Shown: positions 1 to 10,317, counted from the whole stretch's first letter. The stretch is DNA of 62,493 nucleotides, filler included, from Dimorphilus gyrociliatus (GCA_904063045.1; 5 parts of 5 records of this genome joined end to end with filler, not necessarily neighbours in it); one strand, 5' to 3'. Notes: generated by a model from the letters alone, not told the origin. A program made the numbers and translations.

Positions 1-460
1 TCTCTTCAGGATTGACTTGCTGTAAAACATGATAACTGGTTCTACTTGGAAAAGCAGGTTGTTCATGGTGACAAGTAAAAAATTGAGAACATTTGTTATT
101 CTTTTTTATCATGCTTAAGTCACAAACTACTTCTGTTGAGGCTATTGGTGAACATTGTTTAATTATAGCTAATTCTCCCATCTGACTACTGTGCATTCCC
201 AACTCATTTGTTAACACTGTGGTCAATTGAGGATCCAAATTTGCTAGTAATGCCATCATTCTGCTTCTTTGAACCAAATTGATTGCAGAGAAGACTTGAC
301 AGCTGTTGGGTAACTTTTTTAAATTCTTAAAATTTGAATCAATACCATGTAGTAAGGTAGATGTTTGGGCAGCTTCTCTCATTTCCAATGGGAATTTGTG
401 GTATGGGTTTTTACTTATCTTATGTTCAGTTTTGCTTCCTTCTTCATCTGCTTTTAGCCA
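1..460 (-). CDS. Env-like glycoprotein, gB-like domain III/IV segment (open to window edge)
   Basis: Hand translation: ..MALLANLDPQLTTVLTNELGMHSSQMGELAIIKQCSPIASTEVVCDLSMIKKNNKC.., resembling the herpes gB LNPNAIA..MLGDVMAVSTCVPV..NSM..C pattern. Confidence 0.65.
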
Positions 461-463
461 TTC

Positions 464-1060
464 TCATGTGTAGAGTAAAATAAATTCCTTCATAGTAATC
501 TTGAATTCTCTGGCTGGTGGTCCTTTATACCATATGCCCAATGTTGGTAATACCTTCTTTTTGATTCTTTTCTCACTGTATACATATTTTGAAATCGTGA
601 CAGATTGTCTTGTTGCCCTTGTCCAATTGACTGCTTGCAGCATTTCTTGGATATAATAGTTATCCAGCTCCCAGTAAGATGGACTAATGGGTTGTTGTAG
701 ATGATATATCACAACTTCCTTGAGTGTGCCTTTATTTCTCATTAGTTTATACTTTGTGTTTGTTTCTCTGTACCATTGGTTAAGACTTGGTAAGGGGTTG
801 TTTCGCTTGTATAGTATAATTTGTTCTTTAACTTTATTGGGATAGTTTAATAGTCGTTTTTCTTCATTCTTGCCAATCTTCTGATATTGTAGCAAATTGT
901 ATAGGTGTTCCTTGCTTGTTTCCTGTATTAAACTCTGTTCCTCCAGTGGTACTAGTACTTTTGTTCCAGGACCACCAATTCCATCAATAAACTTATCTTG
1001 ATAAGGGATGTCCAGAATAGAATACCCTGGACAAGAATAGTGACCAGCAATTTGATACAA
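464..1060 (-). CDS. Env-like glycoprotein, middle part (frameshifted continuation)
   Basis: Co-oriented ORF overlapping the end of the previous ORF and leading into the gB-like segment. Confidence 0.65.
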   Translation of the reverse strand: MYQIAGHYSCPGYSILDIPYQDKFIDGIGGPGTKVLVPLEEQSLIQETSKEHLYNLLQYQKIGKNEEKRLLNYPNKVKEQIILYKRNNPLPSLNQWYRETNTKYKLMRNKGTLKEVVIYHLQQPISPSYWELDNYYIQEMLQAVNWTRATRQSVTISKYVYSEKRIKKKVLPTLGIWYKGPPAREFKITMKEFILLYT

Positions 1061-4000
1061 CTAATTCTGTTGCTAATTTTTATCCATGGTGATTGTTGCC
1101 CAAGTGTGTAATTATTCTTGAGGTTCCTAAAGACAATAATTGCCTCTTCTGTTTCACAATAGGACTGCCCTGGTAAACAATCTTCCAGGTAGTCCAGATT
1201 AGTTGTAATTTTCATATTAGGAGGTTGCCAATATGCTTTGCCAAACTGGATAATTGTGGTGTATTCCAGCACCTTGGTCGTTGTTGGCCATGTGTAGGCA
1301 GCAGGAAACTGATCTTGGTGGATCCAAGTGTTTCTTTTCACCATTAAAGGTTTTCCTTGAAAAGATCGTTTGTCTTTTATCATCTGTCTGCATTGATCAT
1401 GAGTTACTTTGATAACTGAGTTAACAATCCTCCTCTTCTTTGCTCCAAAGAAATAGTAAGTGTAAAAATTAGTTCTTAGATACACTTGACATTTTACTGC
1501 TCTTGTTTCAATTTCTTCCAAGTTCAATTCATAGATATCAGCTGTAATTGTCTTGGTTTCTTGTGATTCTATATTACAAGTTGGCTCATCTGCTAGATCA
1601 AATGCCTGGCTTGGTAGTTGGTTAGAACAAAAGTATAACGGTGGTTTAAATGTTAAGGTAATGTTTGCACTTGTAACATGGGCACCTTGGTAGGATGGTT
1701 TTGGGACTGTTATTGAGTGGATGCAGCCACAGATCACCATTACAGTCATCACTAGTGGAAGCCACAACATCTGTTTCATGTTAGCTCTTCCTGTGTTGGC
1801 TATAGTTGAATGGTTGAAAATTTTGTGTTGTTGTTCCACTCTGATAGTTATTCCATCTTCTAACTCTATATATTGTGGTTCCACTTCTTGTTGGGAATCT
1901 AATTGTTCAGAGATGATTTTAGTCTCATCTAAAAATATGACTGACTCATTGTCTGTGTCACTTGTATTTTCTTTCTCATCTTGGGATGAATCTACCACTA
2001 TGAGGGACTCATTATCTGAATGGGTTATGTCAATAATTTCACCTTCAATAATTATTGACTCATTATCCGAATGGGTTATATCAATAATTTCGCTTTCAAT
2101 AATTATTGACTCATCGTCTGAACTAGATATTTCATCTTCTCTATCAGAGATAATGTTTGCCTCTGAATCTGTATTTTGATCCAGTTCATTATTTGTTTCT
2201 GTGTCATCACTTTCAGATGAGCTTGAAGGTTCATTGAGACTGTAATTACTGTCTGTTTTGAAAGTATTGCTTGTGTCATAACCAGTATCAGAATTAGTAA
2301 CTTCCATCTCTGAGTCATCACTATCTGAACTTTCTGATGAAGAGTCATGCTGTCCCATCATGGCTATAGTGACTTTGTTTAGTTGAGGTTGCCTTATTCT
2401 TTCAGCCAGGTTCCCTTTCCTTCTATCAAATTTGAGAGAACACTGTTTAGCTTCAAAATTGAGGTTTGCTCCCACAGTTTGTAGGAAATCACAACCAAGT
2501 ATTATTGCTATGTCTAGATTTTCCATAACTATAAATTCTTGTTCCATACTTTCTCCAGCAAATTGGATATTCAGCTTTACGCTTCCTTTTTGCTTTAAAG
2601 CTTTCCCATCAGCTGAAGTTATAATTGGTAAGCCAATTGTTTCTTTATCCATAATTGTAACATCCATTAACTTGATTTCTTTTTCAGTAATAAAGGATCT
2701 CAATGCTCCTGTGTCACACAAGGCAATGACTTCTTGGCCTTTTTGATTCTTCAAACGGAATTGGAAGTCATTTCTTCCTTCTACCTGAGAAAGATATTGG
2801 AGGTGTGTTATTTCCTTCTCCACAAGGTGAAAGATTGTTGTTGCTTCTTTCCCTGTTTCCAACTTATTAGATTCATTGGCTAGTCTTAATCTGCTACCAT
2901 GTACCAACTTGCATGTATTATCATCCATTTGTATTTCATATATCCACTTTTGATGATTGACTTTTGTTATTCGGTATGGGCCTAACCATTTTAAAGAAGG
3001 GATTTTTGTTATTGCAATTCTTGCAGCATCATTTCTTAAGAATACTTCATCATCAACCTCAAAATATTTTGGAAGATTGAGATTTCTATTCTTTCTTTCC
3101 CTATATTGTTCTTTTGCCATGATGGATTTACAGAAGGCTGTAGCTCTTAACTGTACTAATTGCTGCTGGTGATTGAATACAAATAGTACATTTGTTTCAG
3201 GAGAGGTAGTATGCATTGTTACATCAATCAGTGTTCTTGTGCTGGTGCCAAAAAGAAGTTCCTGGGGTGGTAGTCTTGTACTTCCTACAGGTGATTGATT
3301 CAAAAATGCTTGAATCAAGGGTAGGTTTGCAACCCAGTTATGCTGATTTTCTTCCACCACTAATTTATTGATTTCCTTCCTCACTTCTCTATTTCTTCGT
3401 TCAACTAGTCCATTGCTCTGGCTTCTATAAGCTGTTGTTTGGATTTTCTCAATACCTAATACCTTCATAAACTCTTTAAAAGCTTTACCAACAAAGTTTC
3501 TTCCTTGATCTGTCAACATTTGTTTTGGAATTCCAAAAATGGGAAAAAATCTGTTGAAAAGAAGGTTTGCAATTTCTTTACTGGTTTGCTGTTTGAGTGC
3601 ATATAAAACTGTGTATCTACTGAAATGATCCACTATCACAAGTATGAATCTGTATGACTTAACCATGGGTAAGGGTCCCATTATATCCATGGCTACCAAC
3701 TCCATTGGTGATGCAGGGTGAAAGGTTTCTACCAAAGGGTATACTCTACTCCTACCATTCATTTGTTCACACAAAGTGCAATCCTTTATTGAATTCTCAA
3801 TCATAATCTTTAATTTTGGGTGCCAAAAGGTCTTTGTAATTATTTGTAATGTCATTCTGGGTCCATGGTGATTGTGAATTTTATTTTTATGGAATTTAGG
3901 GAGCAGAGTTAGCATCAAATGGTCAGGTAAAACCAGAATGTTTCTTTCTTCAAGGATAATCCAGATCATTTCCTTGTGAACAAACATCTCCATTATGAAA

Positions 4001-4383
4001 GGTGTAAAAGTTCCAAAATAAGGAATAGGTAGCTGACCATCCAATGTTAAATATTCTTTAATTGATTTTAAATTCACATCTTTTTCTTGCTCTGACTGTA
4101 AGTCAACAGAAGACAAATCAATTTTCTCTTCACTGTTATCACTGGTAGCTACAAAAGTTAACTCTGGTGTATGTTCATACTGTTCCATTTTAACTGAAAT
4201 AGAGGGAGAATTCTCCTTTTTGATCTTTCCATGAATTAGCTCTTCAAATGTTACTTTCCTTGGGGGTGTATATTCTTCTAATCTTGTTAATGCATCTGCT
4301 CTATTTTTTCGTCCTGTCACATAGTTAATTGTAAATTTTAAATCCATTAAAGCCATGACCCATTTTGCTGTGCTGACATTCAA
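952..4383 (-). CDS. RNase H end - integrase - second aspartic protease - acidic spacer - signal peptide - Env N-terminal part, one frame
   Basis: NRADALTR; HNHHG..CTLC; DIMGP / TDQGRNF / NGLVERRN; WLGPY; ALCDTGALRSFI..LGCDFL; D/E/S-rich tract; MKQMLWLPLVMTVMVICGCIHS; Cys-patterned ectodomain. Confidence 0.9.
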   Translation of the reverse strand: MNVSTAKWVMALMDLKFTINYVTGRKNRADALTRLEEYTPPRKVTFEELIHGKIKKENSPSISVKMEQYEHTPELTFVATSDNSEEKIDLSSVDLQSEQEKDVNLKSIKEYLTLDGQLPIPYFGTFTPFIMEMFVHKEMIWIILEERNILVLPDHLMLTLLPKFHKNKIHNHHGPRMTLQIITKTFWHPKLKIMIENSIKDCTLCEQMNGRSRVYPLVETFHPASPMELVAMDIMGPLPMVKSYRFILVIVDHFSRYTVLYALKQQTSKEIANLLFNRFFPIFGIPKQMLTDQGRNFVGKAFKEFMKVLGIEKIQTTAYRSQSNGLVERRNREVRKEINKLVVEENQHNWVANLPLIQAFLNQSPVGSTRLPPQELLFGTSTRTLIDVTMHTTSPETNVLFVFNHQQQLVQLRATAFCKSIMAKEQYRERKNRNLNLPKYFEVDDEVFLRNDAARIAITKIPSLKWLGPYRITKVNHQKWIYEIQMDDNTCKLVHGSRLRLANESNKLETGKEATTIFHLVEKEITHLQYLSQVEGRNDFQFRLKNQKGQEVIALCDTGALRSFITEKEIKLMDVTIMDKETIGLPIITSADGKALKQKGSVKLNIQFAGESMEQEFIVMENLDIAIILGCDFLQTVGANLNFEAKQCSLKFDRRKGNLAERIRQPQLNKVTIAMMGQHDSSSESSDSDDSEMEVTNSDTGYDTSNTFKTDSNYSLNEPSSSSESDDTETNNELDQNTDSEANIISDREDEISSSDDESIIIESEIIDITHSDNESIIIEGEIIDITHSDNESLIVVDSSQDEKENTSDTDNESVIFLDETKIISEQLDSQQEVEPQYIELEDGITIRVEQQHKIFNHSTIANTGRANMKQMLWLPLVMTVMVICGCIHSITVPKPSYQGAHVTSANITLTFKPPLYFCSNQLPSQAFDLADEPTCNIESQETKTITADIYELNLEEIETRAVKCQVYLRTNFYTYYFFGAKKRRIVNSVIKVTHDQCRQMIKDKRSFQGKPLMVKRNTWIHQDQFPAAYTWPTTTKVLEYTTIIQFGKAYWQPPNMKITTNLDYLEDCLPGQSYCETEEAIIVFRNLKNNYTLGQQSPWIKISNRISCIKLLVTILVQGILFWTSLIKISLLMELVVLEQKY

Positions 4384-4469
4384 TTTGTTTTGCTTAAATG
4401 TTTGTACTAGACTCTGATGGTCAGTATATAAAAAGAATGGCTTGTCTTGAAGGTAATGTAAAAATTTCT

Positions 4470-7316
4470 TTACAACCCAGTAAACCCAAATGCTTCCTTT
4501 TGATAGGCTGCATATTTCATTTGATTATTGTTGAATTGTTTTGAAGCGTAGGCAATGGGTTTCATTGTTTTCTTCCCATTCTCATCTACATAAACTTGTT
4601 CAAGAACTCCTCCTACAGCTACATTCGATGCATCTGTTGTTAAGTGAAAATCTTTAGCAAAATCAGGTAGTTGTAATACAGGAGGGTTAACTACTGCATC
4701 TCTCAACTTGAAAAATGATTGCTTGGCTTCCTCAGTCCATTGCAATTTATCCTTTTTCCCATGTAGTTTCATTAACATATACAGAGGTTTAGCTACTCTT
4801 GCAAAATCTTGTATAAATTTTCTGTAATAGCCACAAAATGCAACAAAGCTTAGTAGTGAATTTGCAAACACTGGTGGCTGTAAATTATATAATTTATCTG
4901 TCTTGGACTTATCTGTTTCAATCCCCTTTTCTGATACAATGTGTCCCAAGAATTGAACTTGTTCTTTCAAAAACACACATTTACTTAGTTTAATCTTAAA
5001 ATTGTACTTTTGAATCTGTTGAAGAATGGTCTCCAATGCTTCCCAATGTTGGTCCAGCGACTTGGTAAATATTATTATGTCATCAAGGTAGTTTAGGCAC
5101 AAATGCTTTACATCCTTTAGCACAAATGAATTCATTACATAACTAAAATGAGGAGGGGCATTGGTTAATCCAAAAGGCATCTTAATAAATTCAAACAAGC
5201 CAAAAGGTGTAATAAATGCTGTTTTAGACCTATCTTCTTTCTTGATGTTAATGTGGTGGTATGCACTTGTCAAATCCATTGTAGAAAAGAATTTATTTCC
5301 TCCTCCCAAATGGTCAAAAAGATCATCTTGATTTGGCAGTGGATACTTGTTTTTAACTGTCATTTTGTTTAGTTTTCTATAATCTACACACATTCGTAGA
5401 CTACCTTCCTTCTTTCTTACGAAAACAATTGGTGAAGCCCAATTGCTCTTGCTTGGTTGAATAACTTTGCTTTTTACCAATTCAGCTATCTGTTGCTTAC
5501 ATTCTTCTTGTTTTTGAGGAGGCATTCTATATGGCCTTTGTCTATATGGTGTTGAACCTGGTTCAAGAGTTATTTCCAAGGGTGGTACCTCTGGATTGCC
5601 AATATCAAATCTGTCTTCTGCAATAGTTTCTTTATATTTTGCCAGAATTTGGGTAACTTTGTTCTTCATCTCGGGATTTTCTTGTTCAATTGTTGTCTGA
5701 AGGGTATGTATTTGACTCTCATTCTTTTTCATAATAAGAGGAACTGGGTAAAACCCTTTGAAAGATAAGTGTTGTGTTCCAACAGGGTAATTCTTTTCTG
5801 TACCTGGCTGGAGTATAATCTGTCTCTTGCCAAAGTCAAGGGTAGCTCCATTTTGTTGTAGAAAGTCACACCCAATAATACATTGTTGTGTAATGATTTT
5901 GTTGATCAGAAAGCGTTGTTTAATAATCTTTTCATTAAAATAAAGTCTGAGAATGATTTCTCCACATATCTCGATGCTATTTCCTGAAGCATCTCTAGCA
6001 TTTTTCACAGTTTGTTCTGGGAAGGATGCTTTTCCTTGAACTTGTCTTAATACCTTTTTTGAAATGAAAGATCTGTCACTACCAGAGTCTATCAAGGCAT
6101 CAAACTTAAAACCAGTATTAGTTTCAAATTGTCCAATAAATGTTGAAGCATTTCGCTCAGATTGTTTGCTTTGTAACAGCTGACAAGTGGATTCGTCACT
6201 ATCTGAAAAACAGAGAATATCTTGAACTTCGTCGTTTTCTGACATGCTTTCATTGTCTAATGTTTCTAATTTTTGTAGCTTAGGTTCCTCTTTCAGTATC
6301 GTCTTTGCTGGTTGATTTTTCTTATAATACCTATTTGTTGTAGTTGGTGCATACTTTTGGACTTTTTGGCTTGAAAACTTTTCTTTAGTAGCATTTTTGT
6401 TGTCAGGTACATGCTTTCTATTCCAGAAATTTGGGGTTTCTGTAGAAGCATCTTTTCTGATTACCTGGGTCTTTTTGGTCTCTTTTCTTTGTTGAGTTTC
6501 CAATTTTGACACCATTGTGATCGGTTTTCTTTGAGTTAGTTTTAATGAAGTTTCTGCTTGCTTAGCAGCCTCATATAGTTCTGCCAATGTTTGACATTTA
6601 GGATGTAAGGTGTACACTAAATGTAGAATATCCTGTTGTAATCCTCTTTGTAAAACTTCCATCAGTTTTATTTCTTTCATAGTTGCAAGCAATTGTGGTT
6701 CCATTGGTCTAGGTGGAGAAAACCTCTTTATCAATTTCTTTGCTCTATTAACAAACTGAACCACACTTTCGCCATTCATTTGCTTTAAGTTAAGCAATTT
6801 CTCCTGATACTCCAAAGGATCTAGATCAAATTCGTCATGGAGGGCTTTCCATATTTCCTCCACAGTAGGCTCTCCATCCAGAGCCAACACCAAATCCTTT
6901 GCAGGACCAGTTAAATAATCTAAAAGATTTGCTTTCACAACATCTTCTCCTATCCAACCATAAGCATAACATGCCTGATTAAAGTCTTCTTTGAATTTTG
7001 AACACTCCTTGCTTCCATCATACAACTTGAGAATAGTTCTTTGAGGGCGGTCCCAAGCAGCCCTTAATGCTTGAATTACTGTTGTGATATCAACATTTGG
7101 GTTCTGTGCTGGGTGATGTGTTCCATCTCCATGATCTGTTGGAATTGTGATTCGATTTCTTTTCATTTCACTCACCAATCTATCATAGTCTTCAATTAGT
7201 CTTTGTTGCCTTTCTGACATTCCTGCTGGCTGAATTGTAATTGTTGGAGTTGCTGGGGTTGAAGGGTTAGAGTCTGTAACTGCCCCAGTGGCGTTTCCAT
7301 TTCCTCCTTCTGCCAT
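4470..7316 (-). CDS. Gag-PR-RT-RNase H (N-part) polyprotein; likely start MAEGG at 7316
   Basis: Retrotransposon capsid-like Gag (LYDGSK..YLTGPAK..LKQMNGESV), ALIDSGSDRSFIS, LRMCVDYRKLN, YLDDII, LTTDASNVAVGGVL; frame ends inside RNase H. Confidence 0.93.
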   Translation of the reverse strand: MAEGGNGNATGAVTDSNPSTPATPTITIQPAGMSERQQRLIEDYDRLVSEMKRNRITIPTDHGDGTHHPAQNPNVDITTVIQALRAAWDRPQRTILKLYDGSKECSKFKEDFNQACYAYGWIGEDVVKANLLDYLTGPAKDLVLALDGEPTVEEIWKALHDEFDLDPLEYQEKLLNLKQMNGESVVQFVNRAKKLIKRFSPPRPMEPQLLATMKEIKLMEVLQRGLQQDILHLVYTLHPKCQTLAELYEAAKQAETSLKLTQRKPITMVSKLETQQRKETKKTQVIRKDASTETPNFWNRKHVPDNKNATKEKFSSQKVQKYAPTTTNRYYKKNQPAKTILKEEPKLQKLETLDNESMSENDEVQDILCFSDSDESTCQLLQSKQSERNASTFIGQFETNTGFKFDALIDSGSDRSFISKKVLRQVQGKASFPEQTVKNARDASGNSIEICGEIILRLYFNEKIIKQRFLINKIITQQCIIGCDFLQQNGATLDFGKRQIILQPGTEKNYPVGTQHLSFKGFYPVPLIMKKNESQIHTLQTTIEQENPEMKNKVTQILAKYKETIAEDRFDIGNPEVPPLEITLEPGSTPYRQRPYRMPPQKQEECKQQIAELVKSKVIQPSKSNWASPIVFVRKKEGSLRMCVDYRKLNKMTVKNKYPLPNQDDLFDHLGGGNKFFSTMDLTSAYHHINIKKEDRSKTAFITPFGLFEFIKMPFGLTNAPPHFSYVMNSFVLKDVKHLCLNYLDDIIIFTKSLDQHWEALETILQQIQKYNFKIKLSKCVFLKEQVQFLGHIVSEKGIETDKSKTDKLYNLQPPVFANSLLSFVAFCGYYRKFIQDFARVAKPLYMLMKLHGKKDKLQWTEEAKQSFFKLRDAVVNPPVLQLPDFAKDFHLTTDASNVAVGGVLEQVYVDENGKKTMKPIAYASKQFNNNQMKYAAYQKEAFGFTGL

Positions 7317-7354
7317 ATTTACTTTCTCAAAACTTTTGAATAAACCAAAAGAAT

Positions 7355-7372
7355 ATCCTGTCGACTGCGCCA
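7355..7372 (-). promoter_or_regulatory. Primer binding site TGGCGCAGTCGACAGGAT, probably tRNA-Ser
   Basis: Begins TGG just after the LTR; complementary to the metazoan tRNA-Ser type 3' end (TCCTG.CGACTGCGCCA), assigned from memory. Confidence 0.8.
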
Positions 7373-7376
7373 AATT

Positions 7377-8011
7377 TGTACTGCTCTTGCTGGCAAAATC
7401 TATGCGTTTGCAAGTTATAACAATACTGGTTCTACTCGAACCTTTAAACAAATGTTTAAATTAAAATGGTTTATTCGCAATAATAATACTTAAGCAAGTA
7501 ACAATATGAGAGTTCAATAGCAGAGTAGATAGTTTGTAATAGCAGGTTGCCAAATTACCAAACTGTCTTCCAATGTTGAGGAGTAGATGGATGGTTCCAG
7601 TGGAGGTTGTTTCCAGATGATTTTCCCAGGTCCTTGGGTCCAGATGGAAGCTGCATGCCAAATGAGAATAATGAGGATTTATATACTTTGAGGTTTGTCT
7701 CTGACATCCAATCATCACTTTACAGTTGCCAAAATGTGTAGTTCATATTTATCTTTAGTAACAGGATGTTACAAGGTTCAACATTTAGGAAGGTTAATTG
7801 AATTATAACTTGGCCACACCCTAGGCAAGTTAATTAAATTATAACTTGGCCAAACCTTTATTGGTAATTAAAGATGAACCTTCAAGCTGACTAATCAGAC
7901 TTATGTTTGGCCAATGTTATAGCATTTTCTTGCGTAGGTTTTAAGATGTACATGTATATGTTGCATAAAATAATAGAGTTCAAGCATGTAAAATATAACC
8001 AAAGTTGTACA
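7377..8011 (-). repeat. 5' LTR of copy A (635 bp, TGTAC...GTACA)
   Basis: Identity with copy B starts exactly at TGTACAAC with different flanks; ends GTACA 4 nt before the PBS; contains TATATAAA and AATAAA. Confidence 0.9.
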
Positions 8012-8018
8012 TTATTTT

Positions 8019-8845
8019 ACTTAAAACTATTTTGTAACTTTTCTCCAAAACTACTGGGCTGATTTTGTTCATTCTTTTTTTAAAATACTCATCTTTAAAT
8101 TTCTAATAAGATGGCATATATGCTGAAAGCTGAAAGCTAAATAGGTCATGTGACCTAGAAAAAAAATTTTAGGCGGAAAAGAAAAATACAAGTATTGGGT
8201 TGATTTTAAGATACAATAACTTTTTTATCTAACTCTAGAATCTTAAGCATCTTAATCTCAAGAAAATCCAATAAGTCATTTATGAAAAATGGCATGTTTT
8301 AGTTAACAAATGTTACAAAAGATATCATTAAGAATTATTATGAAATTACTTAAAATTGGAAATAAAGTAGCATAGTTACACCTACAAAATTGATATAAAA
8401 TTCTTTACATATTGGAACTTGACATTTAATACCTTCTTTCTGATCTTTTGACTTTATTAATTATACATCTGCATCTTAAAATCAACATAGACTTCAGATT
8501 AGAATGAAACATCTCAAGTTACACCTAAGAAATGGATAGTGAACTTCAATTTTAACAAACTTATATAACTACTATATTATCTTTATTTAATTTCTTTTTA
8601 TCTGTTTAATTTGCTAAAAATTTGCTAATGACCTAGTTAACTTGACCTACTTTCCCTCTGGGGTGCAGTGAAAATAGACGAAACAATAGTATTATCCTAC
8701 TTTTCCACTTATAACTATTTTGTCACTTTTCTCCAAAACTACTGGACCAATTTTATTCATTTTTTTAAAACAAGCGCCATTTAATTTCCAATAAGATGGT
8801 GCAAGCTCTGATAACTTAATAGGTCAAGTGACCTAGAAAAAATTT
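8019..8845. repeat. Two diverged copies (~8019-8165, ~8707-8845) of a ~145-bp dispersed repeat; LTR A lies beside the first
   Basis: Shared AACTATTTTGT.ACTTTTCTCCAAAACTACTGG...TAATAAGATGG...ATAGGTCA.GTGACCTAGAAAA. Confidence 0.75.
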
Positions 8846-9848
8846 TTACATGGAAGAGAGAACACTAACATTGTGTTAAAAATATGACACAATGCTATTT
8901 TGACACAGACATTGAGTATACCTTTTAATATTGATAGCTTGAACAGGTAGAAAAAGATGAAACTAATGTAGAAAGCTCTTTCTAGATTTTGAAGATAGGA
9001 TTGGATCTTGTTGAAAGGATAATTCTGGTGAAGATTCCTGAAAGCCTTTGGTAACTGTTGTAGAAAAAGGATTGCATTAGCATAAAGACACAATGTAATA
9101 ACTATTACTTACAAGATGATAGAAAAGAAGTAAGTTGTGATGGAAAATATCCAAAAAGTAGAGTCTAAAAGGATACAGATGGAAAGAATTACTCCAGTGG
9201 TTCAAGGTAGAATGAATCCTTACGAAATTTATGCAGGTATATATATATAAGAAACAACATTAAATTCAATTCTCTGATTGGTTATTCTTGTTTGAATTAA
9301 TTAACAGTTGTTTGAATATTATCTTGTGTTTTATCTTATATGTTTGGAATGCTAATTGGATCAATAGACAGGTAGATAAACAAAGGCATAGGAAAGTATA
9401 GCGTAGTAAGCAACTACAAAGCACAAACAATAGGACTAAAGTGTCTTTGAAGTCATATGAAAGGCGGAAACAAAAAATAATTTTTTTCTATATTTTGTAA
9501 AGTCTGATTGTAGATTCATAATCGGTGGAAAATTTCAATGAAAATTGATATATATAACATAGAATTGTGATGAAAAATAAGGACTTTAGAATTTTCACCA
9601 AAAAATGGTATAAATGATAAAGGAGTGTTGTCTATATCAAAGGTTGTGACGGAATAAATATCATTAATATGTGAATATATACATGAAAAAGAAGGTGTTT
9701 AAAAGAGTATCAAGGCTTAATTAATCTATTCATTTTTTACAATTTTTTAGCAAAAGAAAAATGGAACTTTTTTAATATTGAATACAAAGAAAAAAATCTT
9801 TTAACATCTTTTAATAAAAAATACTAAATACATTGCTACGAATTTATC

Positions 9849-10187
9849 AAAGGTGACAAGTTAATTGATATATTTAATTGACCTTTCCCACTCTGGACAG
9901 ATAATTTAAACAAGCACATTTTGGATGAATTGTTTGGCTTTTAACAATTGCCAAACTGTTTATAGAACTGTCATCCTTTGTGTCACATTTGATTTTCAAA
10001 CAAGCACTGCTGCCTTTATATACCTATCACTTCTCTAGTCTTTCATTCGTCACCATAGAGTGAACACCTTGCTATTGCCAATTATCTTTGGTAAGCTAAT
10101 CATATTTTCTTATTTTTCAGTCAGAAATACTTGGACAAATATAGACATATTATATATCATTAGAATCATCTTTTTACGCCCATTAAC
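9849..10187 (+). promoter_or_regulatory. Promoter/leader module P1 (TATATA 10017, Inr TCATT 10043, donor GTAAGC 10091)
   Basis: Canonical TATA-Inr spacing; 46/50 identical block with P2; shared AAAGGTGACAAGT. Confidence 0.6.
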
Positions 10188-10317
10188 CTTGTGCAATTGG
10201 CAAAAGAATTGGACCGAAAAAATTTTCATGCATAAACTTTAAACAACGAGTGTTTCCTCTTTTTTTCACTCTCTTTAACAATATTTTTCAATTATTTACA
10301 GATATTTTGACCATATC

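Larger units (their letters stand above)
1..8011 (-). mobile_element. Ty3/Gypsy LTR retrotransposon with env-like gene, copy A (5' LTR to env; 3' end beyond window start)
   Basis: TG..CA LTR, tRNA PBS, then Gag, PR (DSG), RT (YLDD), RNase H, integrase (HHCC, DDE, GPY) in Gypsy order; near-identical to copy B at 29311-35097. Confidence 0.97.

Noticed and set aside
1721-3172. Plus-strand ORFs within the Gypsy element
   Set aside because: Shadow ORFs antisense to pol/env with no motifs
7461-7718. 85-aa ORF (also 29604-29861)
   Set aside because: Lies wholly within the LTR, has a non-ATG start and no motif; conserved only because the LTRs are near-identical
8833-10242. Small ORFs at 8833-9093 and 10060-10242
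   Set aside because: Short, non-ATG, no motifs; the second overlaps predicted leader introns
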